This document shows, piece after piece, positions 1 through 9,318 of a DNA stretch of 64,000 bases. The notes below the pieces were generated by a model. The model was given only the letters and a program-made list of their open reading frames with translations, was not told the DNA's origin and did no database searches. Source of the stretch: Anaerovoracaceae bacterium (GTDB lineage: Bacteria > Bacillota > Clostridia > Peptostreptococcales > Anaerovoracaceae); contig JAZQBC010000058.1 in assembly GCA_045545495.1 (NCBI GenBank), positions 17,246 to 81,245 on the forward strand, read 5' to 3'. A program made the translations under genes and the position numbers. Each line of letters opens with the position of its first letter. The first letter of the stretch is position 1.

Positions 1-489
1 GAAGAGATGGCATTCACCGATCCTTACACAACAGTACAGCAGTACATGGTAGTTCCTGCAGACAGCGACGTTAAGGTAATGGAAGATCTCGGTGGAAAGG
101 CAGTCGGAACACACCTCGGAACAACAGGAGACTTCCTGATGAGCGATGAGAATGCTTCAGGCGCACTCGTTGATAACAACTGTGAGAACAAGCAGTACAA
201 AGCTCTTCCTGATGCAGCACTTGCTATGAAGAGCGGTGAGCTCCAGGCTATCGTATGCGACTCCGTACTCGCTGAGAACCTCGTCAAAGCTAACGGCGAT
301 GCGTTCAAGACATTCCCTGTAGCATACAAGGATGGACATGAGGCAGATCTCGAGGAGATCGGAGCTGCAATGGCTAAGGGAGACGACGAATTCACAGCTA
401 AGGTCAACGAGATCGTTCAGAAGCTCAAAGACGATGGCCAGATCGACGAGTGGTTCGTACAGCACAGTGAAGCAGCTTCCAAGCTGTAA
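1..489 (+). CDS. amino-acid ABC transporter substrate-binding protein, C-terminal part (5' end lies outside the window)
   Basis: Frame 1 is open from base 1 to the TAA at 487-489. The sequence has solute-binding-protein character and is followed directly by a matching permease and ATPase. Confidence 0.7.
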   Translation, partial: EEMAFTDPYTTVQQYMVVPADSDVKVMEDLGGKAVGTHLGTTGDFLMSDENASGALVDNNCENKQYKALPDAALAMKSGELQAIVCDSVLAENLVKANGDAFKTFPVAYKDGHEADLEEIGAAMAKGDDEFTAKVNEIVQKLKDDGQIDEWFVQHSEAASKL

Positions 490-580
490 GTGCTAAAGGA
501 ATTTGATACTAGTCTAAATAGAAACCTTGTGTGGGCTGCGGTGATGACCGTGGCCTATGCGGGCGTAGTGGGGTAATAAT

Positions 581-1303
581 TTGTTTGAAGCATTAAGAGA
601 AGGATTCATAAAGACCTTTATCAGGGACAACCGCTATAAGGTGTTCCTCGAAGGTTTCAAGAATACGATGATCATCACGATCGTGGCGGCTCTTATAGGA
701 ATCGTGCTCGGCGTCATCGTTTCGTTCATACACTCTCTGGCAGAGAATGTCAGGGACAAGCATCAGGACACTCTTGGTGCGAAATGCCTGCTGGCACTGG
801 ACAAGTTCTGCGCAGCCTATGTCGCTGTAGTCAGAGGTACGCCGCTTGCTATCCAGCTGATGATCATGACTTTCATTGTCATGAGCGGCTTTCCTAACAA
901 AGTGCTGGTATGCTGCATCGCGTTTGGTATCAACTCAGGCGCTTACGTATCCGAGGTCATCAGAGGCGGTATTGGCTCGGTAGACTTCGGTCAGACTGAA
1001 GCCGGACGTTCACTTGGACTGTCACAGATCGGTACACTCAGGCTGATCGTGCTTCCGCAGGCGATCAAGAACATCCTGCCGGCACTCTGTAATGAAGCGA
1101 TCGCTGTTCTCAAAGAGACTTCCATCGTAGGAATGGTTGCGGTAGTCGATCTGACCCGTGCGGGCGACCTCGTTCGAAGCAGAACAATGTCACCGTACTT
1201 CACGCTCATTTCTGTAGCGATCGTATACTTCGTTCTGGTATTCGGCCTCACTAAGGCTGTAGGAAGACTGGAGAGGAGGTTGGCTCAAAGTGATAGAAAT
1301 TAA
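581..1303 (+). CDS. amino-acid ABC transporter permease (His/Glu/Gln/Arg/opine type)
   Basis: Multi-TM protein with an EAA-loop style motif '[31 protein letters not shown]'. TTG start. Its end overlaps the ATPase gene. Confidence 0.85.
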   Translation: MFEALREGFIKTFIRDNRYKVFLEGFKNTMIITIVAALIGIVLGVIVSFIHSLAENVRDKHQDTLGAKCLLALDKFCAAYVAVVRGTPLAIQLMIMTFIVMSGFPNKVLVCCIAFGINSGAYVSEVIRGGIGSVDFGQTEAGRSLGLSQIGTLRLIVLPQAIKNILPALCNEAIAVLKETSIVGMVAVVDLTRAGDLVRSRTMSPYFTLISVAIVYFVLVFGLTKAVGRLERRLAQSDRN

Positions 1304-2012
1304 AGGACTTAAAAAAGACTTTGGCGACCTTAAAGTGCTGAAGGGAATAGACCTGGATATAGAAAAAGGCGAGCGTGTCGTTATAATCGGACCTTCGGGC
1401 TCGGGCAAGAGTACACTTCTCAGATGCATGAACATGCTCGAGGTACCTACAGGCGGACAGATCATCTTCGAGGGAACAGACCTTACGGACAAGAAGACAG
1501 ATCTCGACAGTGTGCGCTGCAAGATGGGAATGGTGTTCCAGCAGTTCAACCTTTTCCCGCATAAGACGATTCTCGAGAACATGACCCTCGCACCGCTCTA
1601 TCACAAGATGATGAGCGAGGCGGAGGCCAAGGAGAAGGCAATGGCACTGCTTACCAGGATCGGTCTTGCGGACAAAGCGGATGTCTATCCGTCGACGCTT
1701 TCCGGCGGACAGAAGCAGCGTGTCGCTATAGTGCGTGCGCTTGCGATGGATCCTGATGTGATGCTCTTCGATGAGCCTACATCGGCCCTCGACCCTGAGA
1801 TGGTAGGAGAAGTGCTCGAACTCATCAAGGAGCTCGCTCATGACGGAATGACCATGGCGATCGTTACCCACGAGATGGGATTTGCCAAGGAAGTAGGCAC
1901 AAGAGTCATCTTCATGGATGAAGGCGTGATCGCCGAAGAGAACGAGCCAAAGGAATTCTTCGAAAATCCTAAGAACCCGAGGCTGCAGGATTTCCTGTCG
2001 AAGGTGCTGTAG
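1290..2012 (+). CDS. amino-acid ABC transporter ATP-binding protein
   Basis: Walker A 'GPSGSGKST', ABC signature 'LSGGQKQR', Walker B '[11 protein letters not shown]'. Confidence 0.95.
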   Translation: MIEIKGLKKDFGDLKVLKGIDLDIEKGERVVIIGPSGSGKSTLLRCMNMLEVPTGGQIIFEGTDLTDKKTDLDSVRCKMGMVFQQFNLFPHKTILENMTLAPLYHKMMSEAEAKEKAMALLTRIGLADKADVYPSTLSGGQKQRVAIVRALAMDPDVMLFDEPTSALDPEMVGEVLELIKELAHDGMTMAIVTHEMGFAKEVGTRVIFMDEGVIAEENEPKEFFENPKNPRLQDFLSKVL

Positions 2013-2134
2013 AGGCCGGGTGACGCTCGCGGCCTAGTGAGGCCGGGCGATGCCTTGACTCGACATCCGATGCGTAAGCGTAAAAAGCAACAACAATCAA
2101 ACAAATAATTACACATTAAAGGAGATATAGCTAA

Positions 2135-2905
2135 ATGTTCAAACATACGATAGTAAGGACACCATGTTCAAAAGTCTGTGACGGTATCACTTCCGCGCCT
2201 GAGCTCGGCCAGCCGATTTATGAAAAGGCGCTCGAGCAGCATGCCGCGTACATCGAGGCACTCAAATCTTGCGGAGTGGACGTCAAGGTGCTTCCGGCTC
2301 TCGAGGAGTATCCGGATTCGTGCTTCGTAGAGGACGTAGCCGTGCTCGCTGAGAAGTGCGCGATCATCACAAATCCGGGCGCCGGCACACGTAACGGAGA
2401 GACTGAATTCATAATTCCGACAATCAAGGAATTTTACTCTGAAGATCAGATCGGATACATCAAAGCGCCCGGCACGCTCGAAGGCGGAGACGTGATGATG
2501 GTGGGGGATACTTTCTACGTTGGAGTGTCGGCAAGGACGAATGAAGAGGGCATCAAGCAGTTCGCTGATTTCTTCGGGAAATTCGGCTATGAAGTGAAGG
2601 CTGTTCCTCTGACTGAAGTTCTTCACCTAAAGACGGGTGTCAATTACATCGAGAATAACAAGATGCTTGTTTCGGGCGAATTCATCGACAAGGAAGACTT
2701 CGCACAGTACGAGAAGATCATAGTTCCTGAAGAGGAAGCTTATGGTGCCAACTGCATCTGGATGAACGGCACTGTGATCGTTCCTGAGGGTTATGACACG
2801 GTGAAGAAGGCTGTCGAGGATGCCGGCTATCCGGTCATCATAGTGGATACCTCTGAGTTCAGAAAGATCGACGGAGGTCTCAGCTGCCTGTCACTCAGAT
2901 TCTAA
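2135..2905 (+). CDS. dimethylarginine dimethylaminohydrolase-like (DDAH / amidinotransferase superfamily) hydrolase
   Basis: 256 aa with 'VLHLKTG' and a C-terminal 'IDGGLSCLSLRF' (catalytic Cys position of guanidino-modifying enzymes). RBS 'aaaggaga' upstream. Confidence 0.7.
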   Translation: MFKHTIVRTPCSKVCDGITSAPELGQPIYEKALEQHAAYIEALKSCGVDVKVLPALEEYPDSCFVEDVAVLAEKCAIITNPGAGTRNGETEFIIPTIKEFYSEDQIGYIKAPGTLEGGDVMMVGDTFYVGVSARTNEEGIKQFADFFGKFGYEVKAVPLTEVLHLKTGVNYIENNKMLVSGEFIDKEDFAQYEKIIVPEEEAYGANCIWMNGTVIVPEGYDTVKKAVEDAGYPVIIVDTSEFRKIDGGLSCLSLRF

Positions 2906-2932
2906 ATGATTCGATCGGCGACACTGCTACTG

Positions 2933-3035
2933 CCGCCCGGATTTTGAACAGGTCTACTGAAGACACGACAATTACCGCCCGGATTTTGAATAGGTCTACT
3001 GAAGACACGACAACTGCCACTCAGATCCTGAACAA
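2933..3035. repeat. 42-bp tandem repeat, 2 full copies plus a degenerate partial third
   Basis: 'ccgcccggattttgaaYaggtctactgaagacacgacaa' starts at 2933 and again at 2975. A partial degenerate copy follows at about 3013. Confidence 0.85.
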
Positions 3036-3060
3036 ATCAAATTACATGTGCAAGTAAAAT

Positions 3061-3090
3061 GCCGCGCCCGTGAAGAGCGCGGCGTTTGTA
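3061..3090. terminator. hairpin between convergent genes (possible bidirectional terminator)
   Basis: Stem 'gccgcgc' and 'gcgcggc' with a 9-nt loop, then 'gtttgtattg'. An A-rich run sits on the other side. Confidence 0.45.
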
Positions 3091-3131
3091 TTGTCTGATC
3101 GATCAGGAGTTTGCGTAACTCCTTGATCTTA

Positions 3132-3920
3132 TTAGTTTGCAGCGGCGACTTTGGAGTCGACGTGCATTCCCATACCTGCTGTATGAGCAGAAACCTCGGA
3201 AGCGAGATACAGAACAGCGTTAGCAACTTCCTCTGGCTTAGCATAGCGCTTGTCCATAGCGTAGTTGCCGGCGAGCATTGCCATAGCCTCTTCGTGAGTC
3301 ATGCTGTCGCCGAAGAAGTCCTTCTCGATCCTGAGCATCATCGGTGTGTCTACAGGGCCCGGGCATACATAGTTTACATGGATGTTATGAGGACCAAGCT
3401 CCATAGCTACGCACTTTGTGAGGCCTGCTACAGCGTACTTCGAAGAAACGTAAGCACTGTTGCCTGCTGTTGGCTCGAATGCTGCTGCGGAAGCGACGAC
3501 TACTACAGCGCCGGATTCCTTCTCGATCAGTGTTGGAGCGGCGTATTTCATGGTCAGCATTACCGCGAATACGTTGAGCATATATGTCTTCTCGAAGAGG
3601 TCGAGGGTCATGTCCTGTACAGGATGAGCCTGTCCTTCATAGCCTGCGTTAGGAACAACGATATCGATAGTTCCGAAATGAGCCTTCGCGCCTTCAACGA
3701 AATTCTTGATGTCTTCTTCGCTGTTCAGGTCTGCTACGAAGCCTGCAACCTGTCCCTCAGCTGCGCCGAGTGTAGGGATAAGATTGTCGATCTTTTCCTG
3801 TCTTGTAGATGAGAAAGCTACCTTTGCTCCCTCAGCGAGAAAACCCTTTACGATCGCAGTTCCGATTCCGCCTGTGCCGCCTGTAACGAGAATGACTTTG
3901 TCCTTTAACTTAAGATCCAT
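3132..3920 (-). CDS. SDR-family oxidoreductase
   Basis: 'VTGGTGGIGTAIV' Rossmann motif and 'YVSSKYAVAGLTK' (YxxxK). Start chosen at 'MDLKLKDKV', which has RBS 'ggaaaggag'; the ORF-track start at 3998 is an unsupported extension. Confidence 0.9.
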   Translation of the reverse strand: MDLKLKDKVILVTGGTGGIGTAIVKGFLAEGAKVAFSSTRQEKIDNLIPTLGAAEGQVAGFVADLNSEEDIKNFVEGAKAHFGTIDIVVPNAGYEGQAHPVQDMTLDLFEKTYMLNVFAVMLTMKYAAPTLIEKESGAVVVVASAAAFEPTAGNSAYVSSKYAVAGLTKCVAMELGPHNIHVNYVCPGPVDTPMMLRIEKDFFGDSMTHEEAMAMLAGNYAMDKRYAKPEEVANAVLYLASEVSAHTAGMGMHVDSKVAAAN

Positions 3921-4072
3921 AGAAAACTCCTTTCCAATAACATATTTGGGCTCTGCCCGGCATGTTTCGTTTGCTTGCCGGAGACGCTCCCTCCACATAA
4001 CAAAATAGTATTCTCAATTGATAAAGGTGTCAATAGCGCGTGTACTAGCAAGCGGTAAAGGCCGCAAGCAAA

Positions 4073-4147
4073 GGGGCGGGTGCATTTGCGGGTTCGAGTG
4101 TGGGTTCGAGTGTGGGTTCGGGTTCGAATGTGGGTTTGGGTTCGACC
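4073..4147 (+). repeat. G-tract tandem repeat (GGGTTC / GGGTTCGAGTGT units), G-quadruplex-prone
   Basis: 'ggggcggg...gggttcgagtgtgggttcgagtgtgggttcgggttcgaatgtgggtttgggttcg' carries eight runs of G3 or longer, in the divergent intergenic region. Confidence 0.8.
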
Positions 4148-4287
4148 GGCCATCGATTGACATATATGATAGCTGAGAATATAATATTGAGCGGTTAAGA
4201 CTGTCTAACTTGACGAGCAAACCGCCTCGACGTGGGTGCGGAGCGGTTATCGGAATGAAATAGATAAATATAGGGATACGAGGTGAA

Positions 4288-4668
4288 ATGATGTCAACTG
4301 TAATTATCATAGTAGGATTATTGCTTATCGCTTACGCTGTTTATGGCACAGTAATGAAAGCGAGGGGCAAATCAAAATCGAGCTGCTGCGGCACTGCGGA
4401 GGCAGTAATCAGCAAGCCTGTTGACGATACTGACGAGTCACATTATCCGTACAGATACATGGTGTATGTCGATGGCATGAAGTGCAGCAACTGCGCCGCC
4501 AATGTCGAGAACGCCATCAATGGGATCGGAGACGCGTGGGCGAGAGTCCAGCTCGGAAGAAAGCGTGCCGACGTGCTTTCCAAGAGCGAAAAGACTGAAG
4601 CGGATTTCGTGGCAGCGCTCGGAAAGACCGCGTATACTGTGGCCGGCTTTGAGCAGTTGTCAGAGTAA
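4288..4668 (+). CDS. membrane-anchored heavy-metal-associated (HMA) domain protein
   Basis: N-terminal TM helix followed by 'GKSKSSCCG', then an HMA fold with 'GMKCSNCAANVENAI' (CxxC). Confidence 0.8.
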   Translation: MMSTVIIIVGLLLIAYAVYGTVMKARGKSKSSCCGTAEAVISKPVDDTDESHYPYRYMVYVDGMKCSNCAANVENAINGIGDAWARVQLGRKRADVLSKSEKTEADFVAALGKTAYTVAGFEQLSE

Positions 4669-4865
4669 TGAGCTGTCAAACGGATACCGCTACAACAGAC
4701 CGCGGAGTCTTCTTCTCGGAGGGCGGTTGTATATAGACAAAGATATTCGTCATATGTTATATATCCTGTTGACGAACCCGCTCGCCCAACCAAACGGGCT
4801 TGCCGGAGTCTTGCTCCCGGTTGAAAATGACCGATGAGCTTTCAGTGATATAGGTGTATGGAGAG

Positions 4866-5351
4866 ATGGAATATCATATTCGCGAGATCGAAGAGAGAGA
4901 TAATAAGAAGATCGAGCATGTCATACGTACATGCCTGATCGAATACGGAGCTGACCACGAGGGGACAGCCTGGGCTGATCCTCAGCTCGGAGAGTTTTCG
5001 ACTATCTATAATAATATCGAGGGTAGAAAATACTGGGTAGTAGAGACCACGGACAGCGAGATCGTAGGCGGGACCGGCATCGGCGAAGTGGAAGGCTGCC
5101 CGGGCGTCTGCGAACTGCAAAAGATGTACTGCCTTCCAAAGGCGCGCGGGACAGGTGCTGCACATGTTCTGATGGAGACTGCTTTGGCATATGCTAAACA
5201 GTACTACGATAAGTGCTACCTCGAAACATTTGATAACATGATCCCGGCACAGAAGTTCTACAAGAAGCACGGCTTCGAACTGACTGATCAGCGGCTCGGA
5301 GACACAGGTCACTTCGCCTGCGATGTACTATTCTTGAAGGAACTAAAATAG
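4866..5351 (+). CDS. GNAT-family N-acetyltransferase
   Basis: 'MEYHIREIEERD...' has an acetyl-CoA-binding style segment 'LQKMYCLPKARGTGAAHVLM'. An alternative GTG start exists at 4854. Confidence 0.8.
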   Translation: MEYHIREIEERDNKKIEHVIRTCLIEYGADHEGTAWADPQLGEFSTIYNNIEGRKYWVVETTDSEIVGGTGIGEVEGCPGVCELQKMYCLPKARGTGAAHVLMETALAYAKQYYDKCYLETFDNMIPAQKFYKKHGFELTDQRLGDTGHFACDVLFLKELK

Positions 5352-5453
5352 CATGATTTAGCTATTTAATTTTTAATTAAATGTTTTTATCGAACCAGAA
5401 ATTATGTTAAAATACAGGCGAAATCAAGCGTTGAGCATGATGCGAGGGATGGT

Positions 5454-6107
5454 ATGTCTATTAAGCAGAATCTCGATATTGCGATCGAAAAAAGCCTGTA
5501 TAACGAGATCATAGAAGGAAGATGGATCCCAAATGAGAGAATAAAGATCGAAAGGATCATGGATGAGTACAGCGTCAGCAGGACACCGGTGATCCAGGCT
5601 CTCAAGAAGATGCAGGAGAGAGGCCTTGTGGTATTTACAAACACGGGCCATTTTTATACCCCTTCATATTCCACAAAGGATCTTAAAGATATCAGAAATC
5701 TGCGTATAGTACTCGAGACACGGGCGCTGAGGGAGATCAAACAGAAGGATATAGACGTCGACTTTGGCCTCCTGTATGGGATATGTGAGAATGAGCAGAT
5801 CCACAGCAAGAATGGTGACAATATCCTTGCTAAAAGAGATGACATAGATTTTCACAAGGAGCTGGTCGATCAGGCAGGCAACAGCATTTTGTCAGACCTC
5901 CATAGAAGGATACAGGACAGGTTTATGATCGTGAACTATTCCTTCGCGGTCCATCCGCTGAAGAAGCACGAAGTGGCTTATAACGATCATACGAAGCTCC
6001 TGAGCTTGATAGGTGATGGCGATTTTGCGGGGGCTGAAGATCTGCTTGAACAGCATATTACCTGGGCGTATCAGAACGTCAAAATGTACATGAAAGACCA
6101 CATTTAA
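5454..6107 (+). CDS. GntR-family (FadR/FCD-type) transcriptional regulator
   Basis: N-terminal wHTH 'IMDEYSVSRTPVIQALKKMQERGLV' with an all-helical C-terminal domain. Confidence 0.9.
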   Translation: MSIKQNLDIAIEKSLYNEIIEGRWIPNERIKIERIMDEYSVSRTPVIQALKKMQERGLVVFTNTGHFYTPSYSTKDLKDIRNLRIVLETRALREIKQKDIDVDFGLLYGICENEQIHSKNGDNILAKRDDIDFHKELVDQAGNSILSDLHRRIQDRFMIVNYSFAVHPLKKHEVAYNDHTKLLSLIGDGDFAGAEDLLEQHITWAYQNVKMYMKDHI

Positions 6108-6262
6108 TTAAAAATTAAAAAAACGCGATTTTGCAAACAAAGGTTCGTTTCTTGTCGTTGACAAGGACGAGCCTTATTTATATTTTTGCATTAAAAATAG
6201 ACTGTTTGAGCGACTTAAAAAGGTCGTTGACAAACAGCGATCATCACGGCAGTGAGGGGATA

Positions 6263-7192
6263 ATGAATTCGAGAATCAGGGATCTGCTGGGAATGCTGAG
6301 CGTCATATGCTGCCAGAGTATATTCGGCTTCAGCTTCCTCTTCTCCAAGATAGGGACGAATATAAGTGATCCTTTTTCAGTCCTGGGTTGGAGGTTCACA
6401 GTAGCGTTCATAGCCATAGCGATATGCGCTGCGACTGGACTGATCAGGATCGACCTGAAGGGAAAAGATCTCAGGCCGCTGATAATGCTCTCGATATTTA
6501 CTCCTGTTGTCAACTACCTGCTGGAAACTATCGGAATAAGCATGACCACCTCGTCGGAAAGCGGAGCGATGGTCGCCTGCCTCCCGATAGCGTGCATGAT
6601 CTCAGCGTCGCTGATACTGAGAAAGATTCCTAACAAGACACAGGTGCTCGGGATCACAGTAACGGTTGCCGGGGTGCTGATATGCGTCTTCGCAAGAGGC
6701 TTTACAAAAGATCTGCACATGATGGGAAATATACTCATCATCATTTCGGTCTTTTCCAACAGTATTTTCACAGCGTTGTCAGAGAAAGCGAAAGAATTCT
6801 CGAGCGTAGAGAAGACGTTCATGATGCTGATTCTCGGATGTGCGACATTTATGACGCTAGCTGTGATAAGGAACGCGATCACCGGATCACTAACGGAATA
6901 CTTCACACTTCCGTTTGTGAACAAGATGTTCCTCGCCTCGGCCCTCTACCTCGGAATAGGTTGCTCGCTTGTGGCATTCTTCCTTAACAACACAGCGATA
7001 TCGATAATCGGAACAACGAGGACAGCATCTTTTGGAGGCATATCGACTATAGTTTCGATAATTGCCGGAGTAGTGATCATGAAAGAAGAGTTCCTGGCTA
7101 TTCAGGTAGCGGGAACGGTGCTGGTCCTGATAGGTGCATATACCGCCAACGCAAAGGCGATTATGAATAACAAAGAAACACGGAATCAATAA
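6263..7192 (+). CDS. DMT (EamA-like) family transporter
   Basis: About 10 TM segments in two EamA-like halves. Start moved to 'MNSRIRDLL', which has RBS 'gtgagggga'. Confidence 0.85.
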   Translation: MNSRIRDLLGMLSVICCQSIFGFSFLFSKIGTNISDPFSVLGWRFTVAFIAIAICAATGLIRIDLKGKDLRPLIMLSIFTPVVNYLLETIGISMTTSSESGAMVACLPIACMISASLILRKIPNKTQVLGITVTVAGVLICVFARGFTKDLHMMGNILIIISVFSNSIFTALSEKAKEFSSVEKTFMMLILGCATFMTLAVIRNAITGSLTEYFTLPFVNKMFLASALYLGIGCSLVAFFLNNTAISIIGTTRTASFGGISTIVSIIAGVVIMKEEFLAIQVAGTVLVLIGAYTANAKAIMNNKETRNQ

Positions 7193-7215
7193 AACCTGAA
7201 AGGAGTATTTAAAAC

Positions 7216-8127
7216 ATGGAAGTAAGAGATAATTGCAAGAAGCCTTTTGGCATCTGCCCTGCATCGATGACGCTTTGGGACTCCGATGAACAGTACAATC
7301 CAAAAGCAGAAGAGAAATACCTTACATGGCTCATTGACAATGGTGCTCAGTCGATTTCTATCTGCGGCAGCACAGGTGAAAACAAGGCTATGAACATGGA
7401 CGAGCAGATGCAGATCATCGACCATGTTACAAGCTTCCTCGGTGGACAGGTTCCGCTGATCGTAGGAACCGGTTTCTACAACACCATCAATACGATCAGA
7501 ATGAGCAAATATGCCGATGAGAAGGGCGCCGATGGAGTAATGGTCATCCTTCCATACTATTTCACACCGCATAAAAAGGCAGTGCTCAGACATTATCGCG
7601 ACATCAGAAAAGAGATCAGCTGTCGTCTGATGGTATACAACAATCCTCATTTCGCGGGTCAGGAACTTTCGGTTCCTGAGGTAGAAGAGCTGGTTGCTGA
7701 TGGAACTATCCAGGACATCAAGGCTGCTCACGGCGATCCTAACAGAGTCCACGAGCTCAAGTATCACCTCGGCGACAAGATCCAGATCATGTACGGACAT
7801 GATTACGCAGCAGCTGAAGGCCTCATGGCCGGAGCGCACGGATGGCTTTCAGGATTCCCTGCTATCCTGCCTAAACAGTGCAGAGCGATCTGGGATGCGT
7901 GCCAGACTAACGACATCAAGGCTACTATGGCGGCACAGGACAAGATCCAGCCTTATATCGATTACTTCTTCTATGACAAGAAGGACGGAGTTCCTCACTG
8001 GCAGGAAGTTTGCCACTACACACTCGTAGCGCAGGGCATTGAGGGCGGAGTTCCACGCAGACCTCTTGGTGACCTCGAGCCTGAGCACAAGAGAAAGATC
8101 GAGAGACTCCTCGCGGATATGGATTGA
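7216..8127 (+). CDS. DHDPS/N-acetylneuraminate-lyase family class I aldolase (paralogue 1)
   Basis: 'CGSTGENKAM', 'YNNP' and 'IQDIKAAHG' (Schiff-base Lys position). RBS 'aaaggag'. Confidence 0.85.
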   Translation: MEVRDNCKKPFGICPASMTLWDSDEQYNPKAEEKYLTWLIDNGAQSISICGSTGENKAMNMDEQMQIIDHVTSFLGGQVPLIVGTGFYNTINTIRMSKYADEKGADGVMVILPYYFTPHKKAVLRHYRDIRKEISCRLMVYNNPHFAGQELSVPEVEELVADGTIQDIKAAHGDPNRVHELKYHLGDKIQIMYGHDYAAAEGLMAGAHGWLSGFPAILPKQCRAIWDACQTNDIKATMAAQDKIQPYIDYFFYDKKDGVPHWQEVCHYTLVAQGIEGGVPRRPLGDLEPEHKRKIERLLADMD

Positions 8128-8133
8128 TAGATC

Positions 8134-9300
8134 ATGAAGGTATCTCAGTTAGCAAGTAAAATTCAAAAGGCCAAGATCCGCGTCATGTATGACATGGCGC
8201 GGGGAATGGACGATGTCATCAGCCTTACAGTGGGCGAGCCGGATTTCAAGACGCCGGCTTCGATAATCGAAGTATCGAATCGCTGCTTCAGTGAAGGCAT
8301 GACAGCATATACGCCTAACAACGGGCTATATGAGCTCAGGAAGGCTGTAGCGGATTATTACTCTCCGATCACGGGCTACGAAGTGGACCCCGAAAAGGAA
8401 GTGATGATCACGGTCGGCGCGCAGGAGGCCCTGGTGGTAGCCATGCAGATCCTGCTCGATCCGGGCGACGATGTGATGCTCTGCGAGCCATATTACGTTT
8501 CATATCTTGGACAGATACATGTCTGCGGATGCAATCCGGTCTTCATACCGACATCCGAAGAGAACAGGTGGGTACCGACTGTCGAGGACCTTGAAAGGAC
8601 TGTGACGGATCGCACGCGAGTCATGATAATCAACTCGCCAAACAATCCGACCGGTTGCGAGATAAGCCGCGAAGAGCTAGAGAAGATAGCTGAATTTGCG
8701 ATCAGGCATGACATCGTAGTGATATCCGACGAGCCATATAACAAGATCAGGTATTCCGAAACTCCTTTCGTCAGCATATCGTCTATGCCGGGGATGAAAG
8801 AGAGGACGCTGGTGGTGAATTCCTTCTCCAAGACTTACGCGATGCCGGGATGGAGACTCGGATACGCGGTAGGTCCTGAGTGGATCATCTCGCAGATGCC
8901 AAAGACGCATGATGTGACTGTATCGTGTGTGCCGGCTCCTTTCCAGCATGCCGGAGCGTTCGCGCTCAAGAACTGTGACAAGGACGTCGAAGAAATGGTG
9001 CGCCGCTTCAGGATACGAAGAGACCTTGTTGTCGAGGGGATCAACTCCATACCGGGACTGAGCTGCTCCGCGCCTGACGGAACATTCTACCTGTTCTTCA
9101 ATATCAAGGAGCTTGGAGTCAGTTCTGAAGAGTTCGCGTTTGGACTGCTGGAAGACAAGCACGTCGCGCTGGTTCCGGGCAATGGTTTTGGAGACCTGGG
9201 CGAGGGATATATGAGATTGACTTTTGCAAAAGAGGAAGAGGATCTTACGGAAGCGATATCCCGGATCAGGGAATACGTTGAGAAGATCAGAAACAAATAA
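8134..9300 (+). CDS. PLP-dependent aminotransferase, class I/II (AspC-like), copy 1
   Basis: 'INSPNNPTG' and 'SFSKTYAMPGWRLGY' (PLP lysine motif). Confidence 0.9.
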   Translation: MKVSQLASKIQKAKIRVMYDMARGMDDVISLTVGEPDFKTPASIIEVSNRCFSEGMTAYTPNNGLYELRKAVADYYSPITGYEVDPEKEVMITVGAQEALVVAMQILLDPGDDVMLCEPYYVSYLGQIHVCGCNPVFIPTSEENRWVPTVEDLERTVTDRTRVMIINSPNNPTGCEISREELEKIAEFAIRHDIVVISDEPYNKIRYSETPFVSISSMPGMKERTLVVNSFSKTYAMPGWRLGYAVGPEWIISQMPKTHDVTVSCVPAPFQHAGAFALKNCDKDVEEMVRRFRIRRDLVVEGINSIPGLSCSAPDGTFYLFFNIKELGVSSEEFAFGLLEDKHVALVPGNGFGDLGEGYMRLTFAKEEEDLTEAISRIREYVEKIRNK

Positions 9301-9318
9301 GTCGGGAGGGAACTGATA

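Noticed and set aside
2013-2060. Repeated 'gaggccgggYgaYgc' motif after the first ABC ATPase gene as a member of the palindromic element family
   Set aside because: It is only a short local hairpin ('aggccg...cggcct'). It shows no alignable similarity to copies A, B or D.
3111-3812. 233-aa plus-strand ORF overlapping the SDR gene. Similar cases: 27740-28621, 33581-34474, 40139-40936 and 45833-46435.
   Set aside because: The opposite strand carries clear family motifs, whereas these translations have none.
4014-4310. 98-aa minus-strand ORF with 'NPNPHSNPNPHSNPHSNP' repeats
   Set aside because: It is simply the translation of the complementary strand of the GGGTTC tandem repeat. There is no RBS, and it spans a divergent promoter region.
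6131-6262. N-terminal extensions suggested by the ORF track (6131, 10294, 12529, 15031, 17324, 26909, 29614, 34932, 40112, 47371, 57852, 60754, 61795)
   Set aside because: In each case an internal ATG has a proper RBS, begins the conserved family N-terminus, or avoids overlap with the upstream gene. The longer forms add non-conserved residues.
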